Part shown: positions 37,936 to 47,303 of the stretch, in pieces
Layout: every line of letters begins with the position of its first letter
How positions within the stretch are numbered: position 1 is the first letter of the stretch
Origin: Candidatus Enterousia sp.
GTDB lineage: Bacteria > Pseudomonadota > Alphaproteobacteria > Rs-D84
Direction: 5' to 3'
NCBI GenBank assembly: GCA_045647355.1
Contig: JAZRMF010000001.1
Location: 81,714 to 145,713, forward strand
DNA length: 64,000 bases
The notes under the pieces: model-generated
The model's database searches: none
Told to the model about the DNA's origin: nothing
Seen by the model: only the letters and a program-made list of their open reading frames with translations
Program-made: the position numbers and the translations under genes

Positions 37936-39465
37936 ATGAATGATTTATTAGATATTCTTAAACAGATGGGTATCACACCAACTGATGCTGATGATGAAAC
38001 AAAAAAGGCTTTATTAAAGTCTGTTGGATTACCGGCGGATGTTTTGGACCCAAAAAATGTATTTTTGATGAACGTGGATGATTTAGAAGCGGTTGCTGGC
38101 AATAAACGTATTGCGGGTATATCAAAAGGAAAAGAACCAGATTTGAGTCCTGAATTTGTTATGAAACACCTGAAGTTTTCACAAAAGGAAATCAAGTCTT
38201 TATTGTATTTGAAAGTGACAGTAGAAGAAGCAATATTTATAAGTGAAGCCCCAAAGAGTATAAACAAAATAGGGTTGTTACTTGCATTGCGTGGTATGCA
38301 ATATAGCAAAGTGCAAAATAGCAGCCAGGGTGTAGAAATAATCACCAAATACCCAGAATATGTACCAGAAAATGCCAAAGAATACCTTAATGGCATAATA
38401 CATAAACAAGAAGTTGGTAAATCTGGTAACGTGACAGATATTGAATTATTAGATGAAAAAGAAAAATGGATAATGAACGGTGTTGTTTCTGGAAATGTTG
38501 CTGTCGCGTGCAACGGTATTTTGGCCGATTACCCTGGTAAACTTGTACGGGTCAAAGGTGATTTGGATTTAAGAAAATGTATCGATAAAAAATCCGAATT
38601 GGATGACTCGTTCCTTAGTCGTGTTATCGTTGGTGGTGATTTGTATGTATCAAAGTACAGCAAAACATTGCCAAGAAAAGTACAAGGTACTGTTTACTTT
38701 GTAAGTTTGGGTAAAGGTGATGCAGAAAAAGGTGTGCCAAGTTATATCACAAAGGATACTGTATTTCCTGTGACAGAAAAAATAGATTGCTCGTACAGTA
38801 TCAGTGGTTTTGATGTATTCTTTACCACAGATGAAAAGGGTGAATTGGTTGGTACATTGCCAGATAGTTTAAAAACATTGGTTGTTGAACCAGGATTTCT
38901 TAGAAAAGATTATATCTACAAAAATCTTGACGCTGTGTTAAAGTTTATCGAATTGTATCAAGGTGTTGTCGTTGTTGATACCAAAGGCAATATTTTGTTG
39001 AACAAACTTATAGAAATATGCGACGAAATTGATGCCAAGAAAACACAGGTACAGGAAGAAAAAACAGTTAAACCAGTTGAAAGAACAACAACATTAATAG
39101 ATGCTGAAGAGAAAAGATTGGGTACAGATTTAACTGTTATGGATTTGTTGATGTACGTGCGTTCAATTCCAGAAAAATATGGTAAAGATAAGTTTTCAGA
39201 TAAAGAATTAAGAAACCTTATCAAAGAAGCCTTGAAATATACAAACCTTACCAAGAAAAAGGTTACGGATAAAGAAGGCAACATTGTAGATACTATTAAT
39301 TTTTCTGAATTCAATACGTTTATCGCAAATTTGGATAAGGTTATTGAAGAACGTAAACCTAAGAAAAATGATGGTAATTCAGATGGCGATGTTGATTTGT
39401 CATTCTTGGAAGATGGTAGTTTAGCCACACAAAAAATGGCAGATTTGTCGCATCCTGCGCACTAA
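37936..39465 (+). CDS. Hypothetical protein (509 aa) with possible short beta-solenoid/LRR-like segments
   Basis: TTGACA promoter and AAGAGG SD; VKGDLDL, VGGDLYV and TLPDSLKTLVV segments. Confidence 0.75.
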   Translation: MNDLLDILKQMGITPTDADDETKKALLKSVGLPADVLDPKNVFLMNVDDLEAVAGNKRIAGISKGKEPDLSPEFVMKHLKFSQKEIKSLLYLKVTVEEAIFISEAPKSINKIGLLLALRGMQYSKVQNSSQGVEIITKYPEYVPENAKEYLNGIIHKQEVGKSGNVTDIELLDEKEKWIMNGVVSGNVAVACNGILADYPGKLVRVKGDLDLRKCIDKKSELDDSFLSRVIVGGDLYVSKYSKTLPRKVQGTVYFVSLGKGDAEKGVPSYITKDTVFPVTEKIDCSYSISGFDVFFTTDEKGELVGTLPDSLKTLVVEPGFLRKDYIYKNLDAVLKFIELYQGVVVVDTKGNILLNKLIEICDEIDAKKTQVQEEKTVKPVERTTTLIDAEEKRLGTDLTVMDLLMYVRSIPEKYGKDKFSDKELRNLIKEALKYTNLTKKKVTDKEGNIVDTINFSEFNTFIANLDKVIEERKPKKNDGNSDGDVDLSFLEDGSLATQKMADLSHPAH

Positions 39466-39521
39466 TTAAACATATTTTGTTTGACAATAATAAAATATGA
39501 TTTATAATTAGTGCCGTTTAT

Positions 39522-39598
<77 letters not shown>

Positions 39599-39606
39599 GT
39601 TAAAAT

Positions 39607-39636
39607 AAAAAATACACCCATCGTGGTGTATTTTTT
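39607..39636 (+). terminator. Terminator after tRNA-fMet
   Basis: AAAAAATACACC-CATCGT-GGTGTATTTTTT. Confidence 0.8.
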
Positions 39637-39678
39637 GTTTTAATAGTTTTGATGGTTGAATCACCGAAGCAAGGTGGT

Positions 39679-39948
39679 TCACCACAAACGAAAGCCAGAC
39701 GTAAGTATGGCGGTCGCCAATTTGGCGATGAGCGCAGTTGCCGCGTAAGCGAAATCCATCCCCCGCAACCACTGTTTACAACCGTTCGATTTTTTTAGTA
39801 AATCGAACGGTTTTTTCAGAGAAATCCAAGCTTTTTTGTCAGTGATGCTCGAGTTCAAAAGTACAAGTTTCAAAAATGCTCGTTTTTGCTCAACTTTTGA
39901 ACTCTTTAATAAAAACTTAGCATTTCCAATGATTTTTTTTGACTTTTG
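39679..39948 (-). pseudogene. C-terminal remnant of a large serine recombinase reading into the att repeat
   Basis: AKFLLKSSKVEQKRAFLKLVLLNSSITDKKAWISLKKPFDLLKKSNGCKQWLRGMD resembles tRNA-targeting recombinase C-termini; no catalytic N-terminus present. Confidence 0.65.
39752..39771 (+). repeat. att-like direct repeat of the tRNA-fMet 3' end
   Basis: AAATCCATCCCCCGCAACCA is identical to 39579-39598 (20 bp). Confidence 0.9.
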
Positions 39949-39986
39949 TTATGGTTGTAGTATAAATAGCCTGATGGAGCAAAAGC

Positions 39987-40394
39987 ATGAAGTCGAAATA
40001 TGTACACTCAAAAAAAGAAAATTTAGACCAACTGGTTCGTGAATATGAAAACGAACGTCTGCAAAAGATAGCAGAAAGAACAGATAATAATAAATATATG
40101 GAATCTCTGGCTTTGGCAAAGTTGGAGTATCAAGAGGAACAAAAAAGTACATCTTATGATGAATCTGTTATAGACTTATCATTAGGTAGTTTTGATCAAA
40201 GAATGAGATGGTGGACGGCGATACATTATGAGAACCTTGCAACCAAAATGTTTAATCTATATTTAAATAAAAATGTTTATCGAATAAGGCCTTTGCCTGA
40301 TTTGATTACCATAATGAAAGAACCAAAAAAATATGGTGGGTATCGTTTTGGTGTAGATTATCGGAAATTTTACGATAGATATGTAAAATCATAA
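39987..40394 (+). CDS. Hypothetical protein (135 aa), island cargo
   Basis: GGAG SD; TTGACT-16-TATAAA promoter upstream. Confidence 0.7.
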   Translation: MKSKYVHSKKENLDQLVREYENERLQKIAERTDNNKYMESLALAKLEYQEEQKSTSYDESVIDLSLGSFDQRMRWWTAIHYENLATKMFNLYLNKNVYRIRPLPDLITIMKEPKKYGGYRFGVDYRKFYDRYVKS

Positions 40395-40410
40395 ATCTCT
40401 CGCCCCATTT

Positions 40411-40563
40411 CTAACAATTCGGCTCGAGAATTGCACACACTGCACAACCAGAGTTTCAAAACTTGCCAATCGGGGCAAGTTTTCTTTTGTTTCGTAATAC
40501 TTTCACAAAGTTCGAAAGTTAAAGTTTAAAATATTGTGATTTTTCGGCACTTTTGAACTCTTT
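40411..40563 (-). pseudogene. Second, more degenerate serine recombinase C-terminal remnant
   Basis: Frameshifted KSSKV...LSNF...NSGC, colinear with the 39679-39948 remnant; shared ACTTTTGAACTCTTT. Confidence 0.45.
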
Positions 40564-40581
40564 GCGGTATAATAGTAAACT

Positions 40582-40735
40582 ATGAAAGCATTTACTTTAT
40601 ATCAACCTTATGCTACTGCGATAGCGCGTGGATTAAAAAAACACAAAACGTTATGGAATAAATGATATAGAATATGGAGAAATAATAGCAATTTGTGAAT
40701 TGCAAGACTGTATTGAAATGACAAAAGCTTTCTAT
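40582..40735 (+). pseudogene. ASCH domain pseudogene
   Basis: MKAFTLYQPYATAIARGLKK followed by a stop; another frame gives YGEIIAICELQDCIEMT, typical of ASCH proteins. Confidence 0.65.
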
Positions 40736-40744
40736 GCCAATAAA

Positions 40745-41641
40745 TTACGAATAAATATTTTTATAAAAATCGTGTTTAAACTCTTTTACTGTTTTATATC
40801 TATCGTTTTTATCGTAAGCCGTTGCTTTTAATAATACATTATAAATATCGTTATTTAATTCAAATTCTTCTAATTTATTTGGTATAAAACACCCTTTGTT
40901 GTATCTCTCTTGTATATTTGATGGATTGCTGAACATATCGAATATAATTGCGCCCAATGTAAATAATGATGTTTGTTCGTCTATTATTGCACCTAATTCA
41001 TTTTCTTCGGGAGCTTTTAATCTTTTAGTTCCAAAATAATCTTTTCCTAAATCATTTACTGTGGGCATTTTTCTAAATAAATCTATATCACAAAAAGTGA
41101 CATTATCATTTTCAAAATCATAAATTATACTGCTATCGTAAAAATCTACTGCAACGTATCCCGTATCAATAAATGATTCAAAAAATGAAAATAATTTATC
41201 TGCAACTTTTAATCTTTTTTCTATTGGTAATGATTTGAATTTCATCAAAGGGGTTGTTTCTTTGGTCTTTTCATATCTATCAAAATTCCAATGATCAAAC
41301 AAACACTCACCTTTGGCATATTCATAAATTACAACATAAAAATCTTTATATTCAAAAGCATCCACCAGTTTAATCAAATTTTCATGTTTGATATCTTTAT
41401 ATTTTACTACAGCTTCTTTTAATAATTTAATCGATTCTTCTTCACTTATTTCAGCATTAACCGTTTTTGCACCTGCAATTTTGAAAAAATACTTTTTACT
41501 GTCCTTTTTTATACCGAAAGATATACAACCACTGCCAGTTTCATCTATAACATTAAATACTGTTCCATAATCATTTAACCAAGAAAAATCTTGATATTCT
41601 TTTAATTTAAATTCTATTCCATCTATAATTTGTTTAATCAT
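40745..41641 (-). CDS. Ser/Thr protein kinase-like protein
   Basis: YFFKIAG, HENLIKLV, degenerate catalytic loop AVDFYDSSII, FCDID, KAPEE and RYKTVKEF; very AT-rich. Confidence 0.75.
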   Translation of the reverse strand: MIKQIIDGIEFKLKEYQDFSWLNDYGTVFNVIDETGSGCISFGIKKDSKKYFFKIAGAKTVNAEISEEESIKLLKEAVVKYKDIKHENLIKLVDAFEYKDFYVVIYEYAKGECLFDHWNFDRYEKTKETTPLMKFKSLPIEKRLKVADKLFSFFESFIDTGYVAVDFYDSSIIYDFENDNVTFCDIDLFRKMPTVNDLGKDYFGTKRLKAPEENELGAIIDEQTSLFTLGAIIFDMFSNPSNIQERYNKGCFIPNKLEEFELNNDIYNVLLKATAYDKNDRYKTVKEFKHDFYKNIYS

Positions 41642-41665
41642 ATTATTATCTTTTGTTTTTATGTC

Positions 41666-42118
41666 TTAATTAAGATTTTTTACATATACTCTGGTTGGTT
41701 TGCCTTCACGATTATTCATTGTTTTCCAGAATACGAAACCATATTTTTCATATAAACCTATTTCTTCGGTAGATATAAATACTTTTTCAATTTTATCAGA
41801 TTTTAATGTGTCACAAATATAATTAATCAATTTGCCAATATTGTTATTACCGCGATATTTTGAAAATGTGTATCCAAAACCAATCCATGGGGATAATTCT
41901 GGTGCGTCAATTTCATCTTGTTCGGCCAAGATTGCAAAAGAAACCAAATTATTGCCATCTGTAAGTAAAAAAACATCTGTTGATTTCCCGCATATTTGTT
42001 TTAATTTGTCGGTGTTTAACCATGAATACAAAAGTTTTGCCGCCGACCAATCTGCTTTACCTATCTCGTTTTTCCAGTATTCTTGATTTTTTGATTGATA
42101 ATATTTAATAATTTGCAC
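41666..42118 (-). CDS. GNAT family N-acetyltransferase
   Basis: PWIGFGYTFSKYRGNNNIG acetyl-CoA motif and GLYEKYGF. Confidence 0.85.
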   Translation of the reverse strand: MQIIKYYQSKNQEYWKNEIGKADWSAAKLLYSWLNTDKLKQICGKSTDVFLLTDGNNLVSFAILAEQDEIDAPELSPWIGFGYTFSKYRGNNNIGKLINYICDTLKSDKIEKVFISTEEIGLYEKYGFVFWKTMNNREGKPTRVYVKNLN

Positions 42119-42138
42119 GTGTTATCCTTTGAATCTAT

Positions 42139-42729
42139 TTAATCTTTTGCTTGTTTTTTCGGCAATACAAAATATATGTCTGCTTTTCTTGTTGGTAAAG
42201 ACGGATTGTTAGAATTATATAACCCGTTATTAATTTCTATTTCACCGATACCAATACCGGTACTTGTACGTGTATCGTTTTTATGCGGATATTGCGTAGA
42301 ATCTATTACACGTAAAATAGTACTGGTTTTATCATTGTTAATAATTTTATCAACAAACATGCAATGTCCATTGCCATCTGGAAAAACAACAACCAAAATA
42401 CATCCGGATACGGGTTTGTTTATAAAATCCCAGTATTTGAATTCTTTTTGGTGTTCGTAAAGAAATGTGAAGTCTTTACAAAAAAATCTGTTTATTTTTA
42501 GAAAATTGTATTGTTTTAAAAAAAGTCTTAATTCAACCAATGCGCGTTTGTATCCCATTTGTACCAAACACCAATTTATAAAACCGCTGCAATCCATATG
42601 AAAATATTGTTTGTTATCTAGTTTATCAATGTAATTTGAATGATTGTATTCAGAAACAAAATCATTACTGAAAAATTGTCTAAAAAAATCAATATCTGTT
42701 TGCACGGTTTGATTATACCAAAAAAACAA
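42139..42729 (-). CDS. NlpC/P60-like (papain-fold) protein
   Basis: MDCSGFINWCL catalytic Cys, GHCMFVD His and VIDST; start codon uncertain. Confidence 0.6.
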   Translation of the reverse strand: MFFWYNQTVQTDIDFFRQFFSNDFVSEYNHSNYIDKLDNKQYFHMDCSGFINWCLVQMGYKRALVELRLFLKQYNFLKINRFFCKDFTFLYEHQKEFKYWDFINKPVSGCILVVVFPDGNGHCMFVDKIINNDKTSTILRVIDSTQYPHKNDTRTSTGIGIGEIEINNGLYNSNNPSLPTRKADIYFVLPKKQAKD

Positions 42730-42854
42730 ATTAATGTAAATATAACAAATATCTAGTAAAATTCGGTGGTTATATCGGTTAGGGGTCTGATTGGCGGTGA
42801 AATATCACAAAATAGCCGATGGTTTATAATGATAATGACAAAATCTGTTAAATC

Positions 42855-42882
42855 TTGACATTTTAAATATTTGTGCTATATT
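42855..42882 (+). promoter_or_regulatory. Sigma70-like promoter for the paralog cluster
   Basis: TTGACA-16 nt-TATATT with extended -10; same TTGTGCTATATTT as at 7621. Confidence 0.65.
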
Positions 42883-42901
42883 TAACTACAAGAGGGTTAA
42901 G

Positions 42902-43774
42902 ATGGACAGATACGTACAAGAACCAATTCCAAATGTGTTAGAGGCGAAAGACTATGTTTTTCGTTCGTTGCGGGCCCATGATGAATACCATTTTTACAAT
43001 AAATATGTGCCACAAATAATTTCAACAAATGAACTTCGGCAAATTTATGAATTGAAAAATCATGTAACACCTGGGTCGCGTGTTTTAACGGTTTCTGCAT
43101 CAGGGGAACAGCCGTTGTTTTTTAAACAGTATGGCGCAGAATATGTACTGACTTTTGATATTTCGTATAATTCGTATTTATTGACATCGTTAAAGATTGC
43201 CGCATTACAGACCTTTACAAAACGTTGGGACTATGAAAAGTTCGTGCGCAGTTTAATAGATCATTGTAAACCGCAACAGTTAATGTCTACACCGGGTATG
43301 GACAAGGTTTTCAGAAACCTTAGTGATGTGCAAAAGAACCATATAAGTGTTATGGATAGAATAGGTATCCCGGTATTTGTGGACGATATCAAATGCCAAA
43401 TCCCTTATATTGGACAAGATGATTATGATAAATTAAGGGCCAGTGTAAAATCACCTTTTCCTTTTATTTGGACCGATATTACAGAATTAGATAAAAAACT
43501 GGGCGACGAAAAGTTTGATTTTGTTTATTATTCCAATATATTGGGATTCATACATCCGCACAAGGTCAGACAAGTTATGGAAAAAACAAAAAATTACGTA
43601 AATGCGGGTGGCAAAATCTTTTTGGTCGAAGATGTGCATATGGATTTAATAAAATCGGCGACTGACGATGTGTACAAGGCACCTGATTGGGATGTGCAAA
43701 TATTGCCATCGCCGCAGAACACTGGTTTTAACCAATTTGTTATTCAACGTGTACAATTTACAAAACAAAAATAA
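42902..43774 (+). CDS. DUF3419/BtaA-like SAM-dependent transferase, paralog 1
   Basis: STNE..RVLTVSASGEQ...TFDISYNSY.LTSLKIAAL...FDFVYYSNI. Confidence 0.65.
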   Translation: MDRYVQEPIPNVLEAKDYVFRSLRAHDEYHFYNKYVPQIISTNELRQIYELKNHVTPGSRVLTVSASGEQPLFFKQYGAEYVLTFDISYNSYLLTSLKIAALQTFTKRWDYEKFVRSLIDHCKPQQLMSTPGMDKVFRNLSDVQKNHISVMDRIGIPVFVDDIKCQIPYIGQDDYDKLRASVKSPFPFIWTDITELDKKLGDEKFDFVYYSNILGFIHPHKVRQVMEKTKNYVNAGGKIFLVEDVHMDLIKSATDDVYKAPDWDVQILPSPQNTGFNQFVIQRVQFTKQK

Positions 43775-43827
43775 CAAAACATTGACATTTTGTGTTATGT
43801 TTTTGTTTGGTTTACAAAGGATGTTAA

Positions 43828-44718
43828 ATGCCAAAGTATCACGAAGCACCAATACCAAATGTGGCGGATGCCATCAAAGAGGGAAAGCGAATATATTACT
43901 ATCGTATGTCGCATCCGTATAATGCGGATTTAAAAAAGATGTATGGTTCGTATAACCCGCAAATGGTGACAACAAACGAATTAAATCAGATTTTAAAATT
44001 AAGGTATTTTATTACCCCTGGGTCGAGTTTTCTTGGTACGTGTGGGTCGGGGGAACAGGCTTTGTTTGCGTATTTGTTTGGTGCAAAAAATAATGTGTTT
44101 TTTGATATTTCGTATAATGCGTATTGGTTAACTTGTTTAAAAATAGGGGCCATCAAAGCATTTGATAAACACACAGAATATGAGAATTTTGTTCAGGAAT
44201 TAAAGGAAAATTGCGGACCGGCGGGCAGTTTATTAAAAGTACCAAATATATGGCATGTATTAACGTATTTAACAGATGTTCAGGTAAAATACCTTGAACT
44301 TATGGATGTGGCCAGGATGCCTGTGGTGGTACGCAACGGAACGTGCCAGTTTTTTGATATAACCCAAACAGATTATGATATATTAAAACAATCGGTTGAA
44401 ATGCCGATACCATTTATTCGTACAGATATAAGAAATCTGGATGAAAAATTGGGTGAAGATAAATTTGATAATGTGTATTATTCTAATATCTTGTGTTGGG
44501 TTGAACCATATGAAGTTGAACCAATTTTGGAAAAAACTAAAAAATGCATAAAACCTGGCGGAAGGTTGTTTTTAATGGCGGACTGTGTTAGCTTTGATAA
44601 TATGTTGACGGCCGCGACAAATGTATATTCTGGGCCAGAATGGGATGTTGTTTTTTTACCAAAAGATGATGATATTTATCAAATAATTGTTCAGCGTGCA
44701 CAAAGTCGTAGTTATTAA
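43828..44718 (+). CDS. DUF3419/BtaA-like SAM-dependent transferase, paralog 2
   Basis: TTNE..SFLGTCGSGEQ...FFDISYNAY.LTCLKIGAI...FDNVYYSNI. Confidence 0.65.
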   Translation: MPKYHEAPIPNVADAIKEGKRIYYYRMSHPYNADLKKMYGSYNPQMVTTNELNQILKLRYFITPGSSFLGTCGSGEQALFAYLFGAKNNVFFDISYNAYWLTCLKIGAIKAFDKHTEYENFVQELKENCGPAGSLLKVPNIWHVLTYLTDVQVKYLELMDVARMPVVVRNGTCQFFDITQTDYDILKQSVEMPIPFIRTDIRNLDEKLGEDKFDNVYYSNILCWVEPYEVEPILEKTKKCIKPGGRLFLMADCVSFDNMLTAATNVYSGPEWDVVFLPKDDDIYQIIVQRAQSRSY

Positions 44719-44719
44719 C

Positions 44720-45595
44720 ATGATTAGATATAAAAGACCTTTGCCAGATATACAAGAAGCCGGGCGTGCCATAGAGCACATGTGTACCAGTTGTAAAGAA
44801 GAGGATTTTTATTGTAAATATACCCCGCAAATGGTGACAACAAACGAATTTTATCAAATTCGTGATATAGAACCATATATTACCAGTGGTGCAAAGGTAT
44901 TAACGGTTTGTGGGCCCGGTGAGCAACCGTTATTTCTAAAATCATATGGTGCGGGGGATATCGTCACTTTCGATATTTCTTATCATTCTTATTTGCTTAC
45001 ATCATTAAAGATTGCGGCATTACAATCATTTGATGATACGCAAGACTTTCGAAAATTTATAGATATTTTGTATAATAAACCAAGTGATTTATTAACAAAT
45101 CCTTTTATGTATAATGTGGTAAAAAAATTAAATAAAGTAGAAAAAAATTATCTTTTCAAAGCGGCGGATACTGCAACACATATATTTTGGTCTGCCCAAA
45201 GTTGTTTTTTTTATACAATGCCACAAAACTATTATGACAATGTACGAAATTTAGTTAAAAAACCATTTCCTTTTATTTGGACGAATATTACAGAACTTGG
45301 TGATAAATTAAAAATAGCAAACAGCAAAACCGGTAAATACAATGCTTTTGATATAATAGATTATTCTAATATTCTTGAATTTATGCAACCATATTATATT
45401 AGACAGGTTTTAGAGGACACGATTAACTTTATGAATCCAGATTGCAAATTATTTTTAACAGTACGAAACAAGGAAGAACGTATAGACTTGATAAAATGCG
45501 CGGTAGATGATGTTTATAATTCATCGGAATGGGCCATAGAATTGCAGCCGGAAAAACAGGGATTTAGGCAATTCATTATCCAACGCGCGCGATAG
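44720..45595 (+). CDS. DUF3419/BtaA-like SAM-dependent transferase, paralog 3
   Basis: TTNE..KVLTVCGPGEQ...TFDISYHSY.LTSLKIAAL...FDIIDYSNI. Confidence 0.65.
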   Translation: MIRYKRPLPDIQEAGRAIEHMCTSCKEEDFYCKYTPQMVTTNEFYQIRDIEPYITSGAKVLTVCGPGEQPLFLKSYGAGDIVTFDISYHSYLLTSLKIAALQSFDDTQDFRKFIDILYNKPSDLLTNPFMYNVVKKLNKVEKNYLFKAADTATHIFWSAQSCFFYTMPQNYYDNVRNLVKKPFPFIWTNITELGDKLKIANSKTGKYNAFDIIDYSNILEFMQPYYIRQVLEDTINFMNPDCKLFLTVRNKEERIDLIKCAVDDVYNSSEWAIELQPEKQGFRQFIIQRAR

Positions 45596-45653
45596 ACAGA
45601 AAATTGTACGAATTTACGTTTTTTGTGTTATAATAACCCCAAGAGGTTTTGAA

Positions 45654-46442
45654 ATGATAAGATATTATTGTAGTGGTTTTGATGTCGAGAATTCTTTTGG
45701 ACATGGGTTGGGTGAAAAGTTCAAATCTGAATTAAAAAAGACAGACAGTATTGTTTATATTCCTGGGGGCCCAAAAAAGGTGGAAAAATCAATTGAGAAA
45801 TATTTACCTTTGTTTCGCAAGCATTTTGCCACGTGTCAAATTCATTTTGAAACAGAAAATCTGATTACCCCGGATACACCATCTGCGATGGCCCAGAATA
45901 TGGTAAAAAATGCCGACTTTGTAATGCTGATGGGTGGTGACCCAATTATGCAGAAAGATATGTGCGAAAAATTGGGTATAATGGATGCATTAAAAAATTA
46001 CAATAACGGAATAATGTTGGGGTACAGTGCGGGTGCAATGTTAATGTCAAAGTATATTATCATTACCCCAGGATGCGAGGAACACCCAGATCCAAAATCT
46101 AAAGATTCTTTTGTAACCACGGGATTAAATTTAGATGGATTATCTATTTATCCACACAATAATACCGCAGATATAGAATACCCAGATGTATTGGATTTAG
46201 ATGGCGAAGTATATAGAAAGTCTGATTTAATTCAGGTTGCCAAAGATTACGGCGAATATTATTTATTGCAGGATAATAAACGCGAAACAGGCAAGGTTGA
46301 TGTCAGTTTGATAAAGTCCATTGATGGAAAGATTACCACATATATCGAAAATGCCGGTAAGATTTGGGTTGTGGGCAGTGGTGGTATAAAACTGTATAAT
46401 AATAGTATCACGCCTATAATGAAAAAAGATCGTGAATATTAA
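45654..46442 (+). CDS. Peptidase S51 (dipeptidase E) family, type 1 glutamine amidotransferase-like
   Basis: ADFVMLMGGD, nucleophile elbow GYSAGAM, GLNL...IYPH. Confidence 0.8.
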   Translation: MIRYYCSGFDVENSFGHGLGEKFKSELKKTDSIVYIPGGPKKVEKSIEKYLPLFRKHFATCQIHFETENLITPDTPSAMAQNMVKNADFVMLMGGDPIMQKDMCEKLGIMDALKNYNNGIMLGYSAGAMLMSKYIIITPGCEEHPDPKSKDSFVTTGLNLDGLSIYPHNNTADIEYPDVLDLDGEVYRKSDLIQVAKDYGEYYLLQDNKRETGKVDVSLIKSIDGKITTYIENAGKIWVVGSGGIKLYNNSITPIMKKDREY

Positions 46443-46521
46443 ATCGATATAACTGGCGGTTTGGGACGATTCCCAATGTAGACTTGAAATATGGTTTTTT
46501 TATTGGTAAAATCTAAACGTT

Positions 46522-47301
46522 ATGTTTAGAAAGATATGGAAAAATTTTTGGGGATGGATACTGGGGTTTTCCCTGTTGCAGTGGATTATTACCATTGTTA
46601 TGGCGGCCTTGATATGGTTTATTTACTTAACCAGTCGTCGGGAAATCGTAAATTACGAAACATTTAAAAAATTTCGAAATAAACCCGCAATATTTGTATT
46701 TTGGCATGGGCGCAGTTTAATGCTGTCGCCGATTGTTTGCCTTGGGGGTATGAAATCCTATGCGATTGCATCGCGGCATAAAGATGGTCGTATGATGGCA
46801 AAGTTGCAACATTTATTCGGCCTGCGCGCAATTTATGGCAGTTCGCACAAGGGTGGAATCGCCGTCTTGCGTGAAGGGGTGCGCGTGTTGCGGCGTGGTG
46901 ACCATTCGCTGTGTATTTCGCCCGATGGGCCAGGGGGGCCGTCACTGCATGTGCAAGAAGGTGCGTTGTATTTTGCCAAAATGACCGGGGCGCCAATTAT
47001 ACCAGTATGCTTTTCTGCAAAACATGTATGGATGCAAAATCGATGGGATAGGTATTTATTAGTGTATCCTTTTACAAAAATAAAATGCAATGTTGGTAAT
47101 CCAATCTATATAGATTCAAAAATATCACCAGAAGAATTCGAGGCAAAACGCCAAGAATTAGAAGATATTATGATTGCACAATTACGTGAATTAGATGCGG
47201 AATTTAACCTGTATGTGGTAGAGCAGGGGTTAAAATCGCGCGCGTTTAAACGTGCAAAAAAGCACGGGTTGGCACCAAAATTAACAAAAAGGTATCACTA
47301 G
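46522..47301 (+). CDS. DUF374 / lysophospholipid acyltransferase family protein
   Basis: FVFWHGR, SRHKDG, GSSHKGG, ISPDGPGGP and MTGAPIIP; upstream of lpxK. Confidence 0.85.
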   Translation: MFRKIWKNFWGWILGFSLLQWIITIVMAALIWFIYLTSRREIVNYETFKKFRNKPAIFVFWHGRSLMLSPIVCLGGMKSYAIASRHKDGRMMAKLQHLFGLRAIYGSSHKGGIAVLREGVRVLRRGDHSLCISPDGPGGPSLHVQEGALYFAKMTGAPIIPVCFSAKHVWMQNRWDRYLLVYPFTKIKCNVGNPIYIDSKISPEEFEAKRQELEDIMIAQLRELDAEFNLYVVEQGLKSRAFKRAKKHGLAPKLTKRYH

Positions 47302-47303
47302 GG

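Noticed and set aside
39661-39751. Group I intron in a tRNA
   Set aside because: About 90 nt is too short, no P7 core is recognisable, and the upstream tRNA is already intact.
39851-40560. Integron attC sites
   Set aside because: No RYYYAAC/GTTRRRY ends and no integrase; better explained as recombinase gene 3' remnants.
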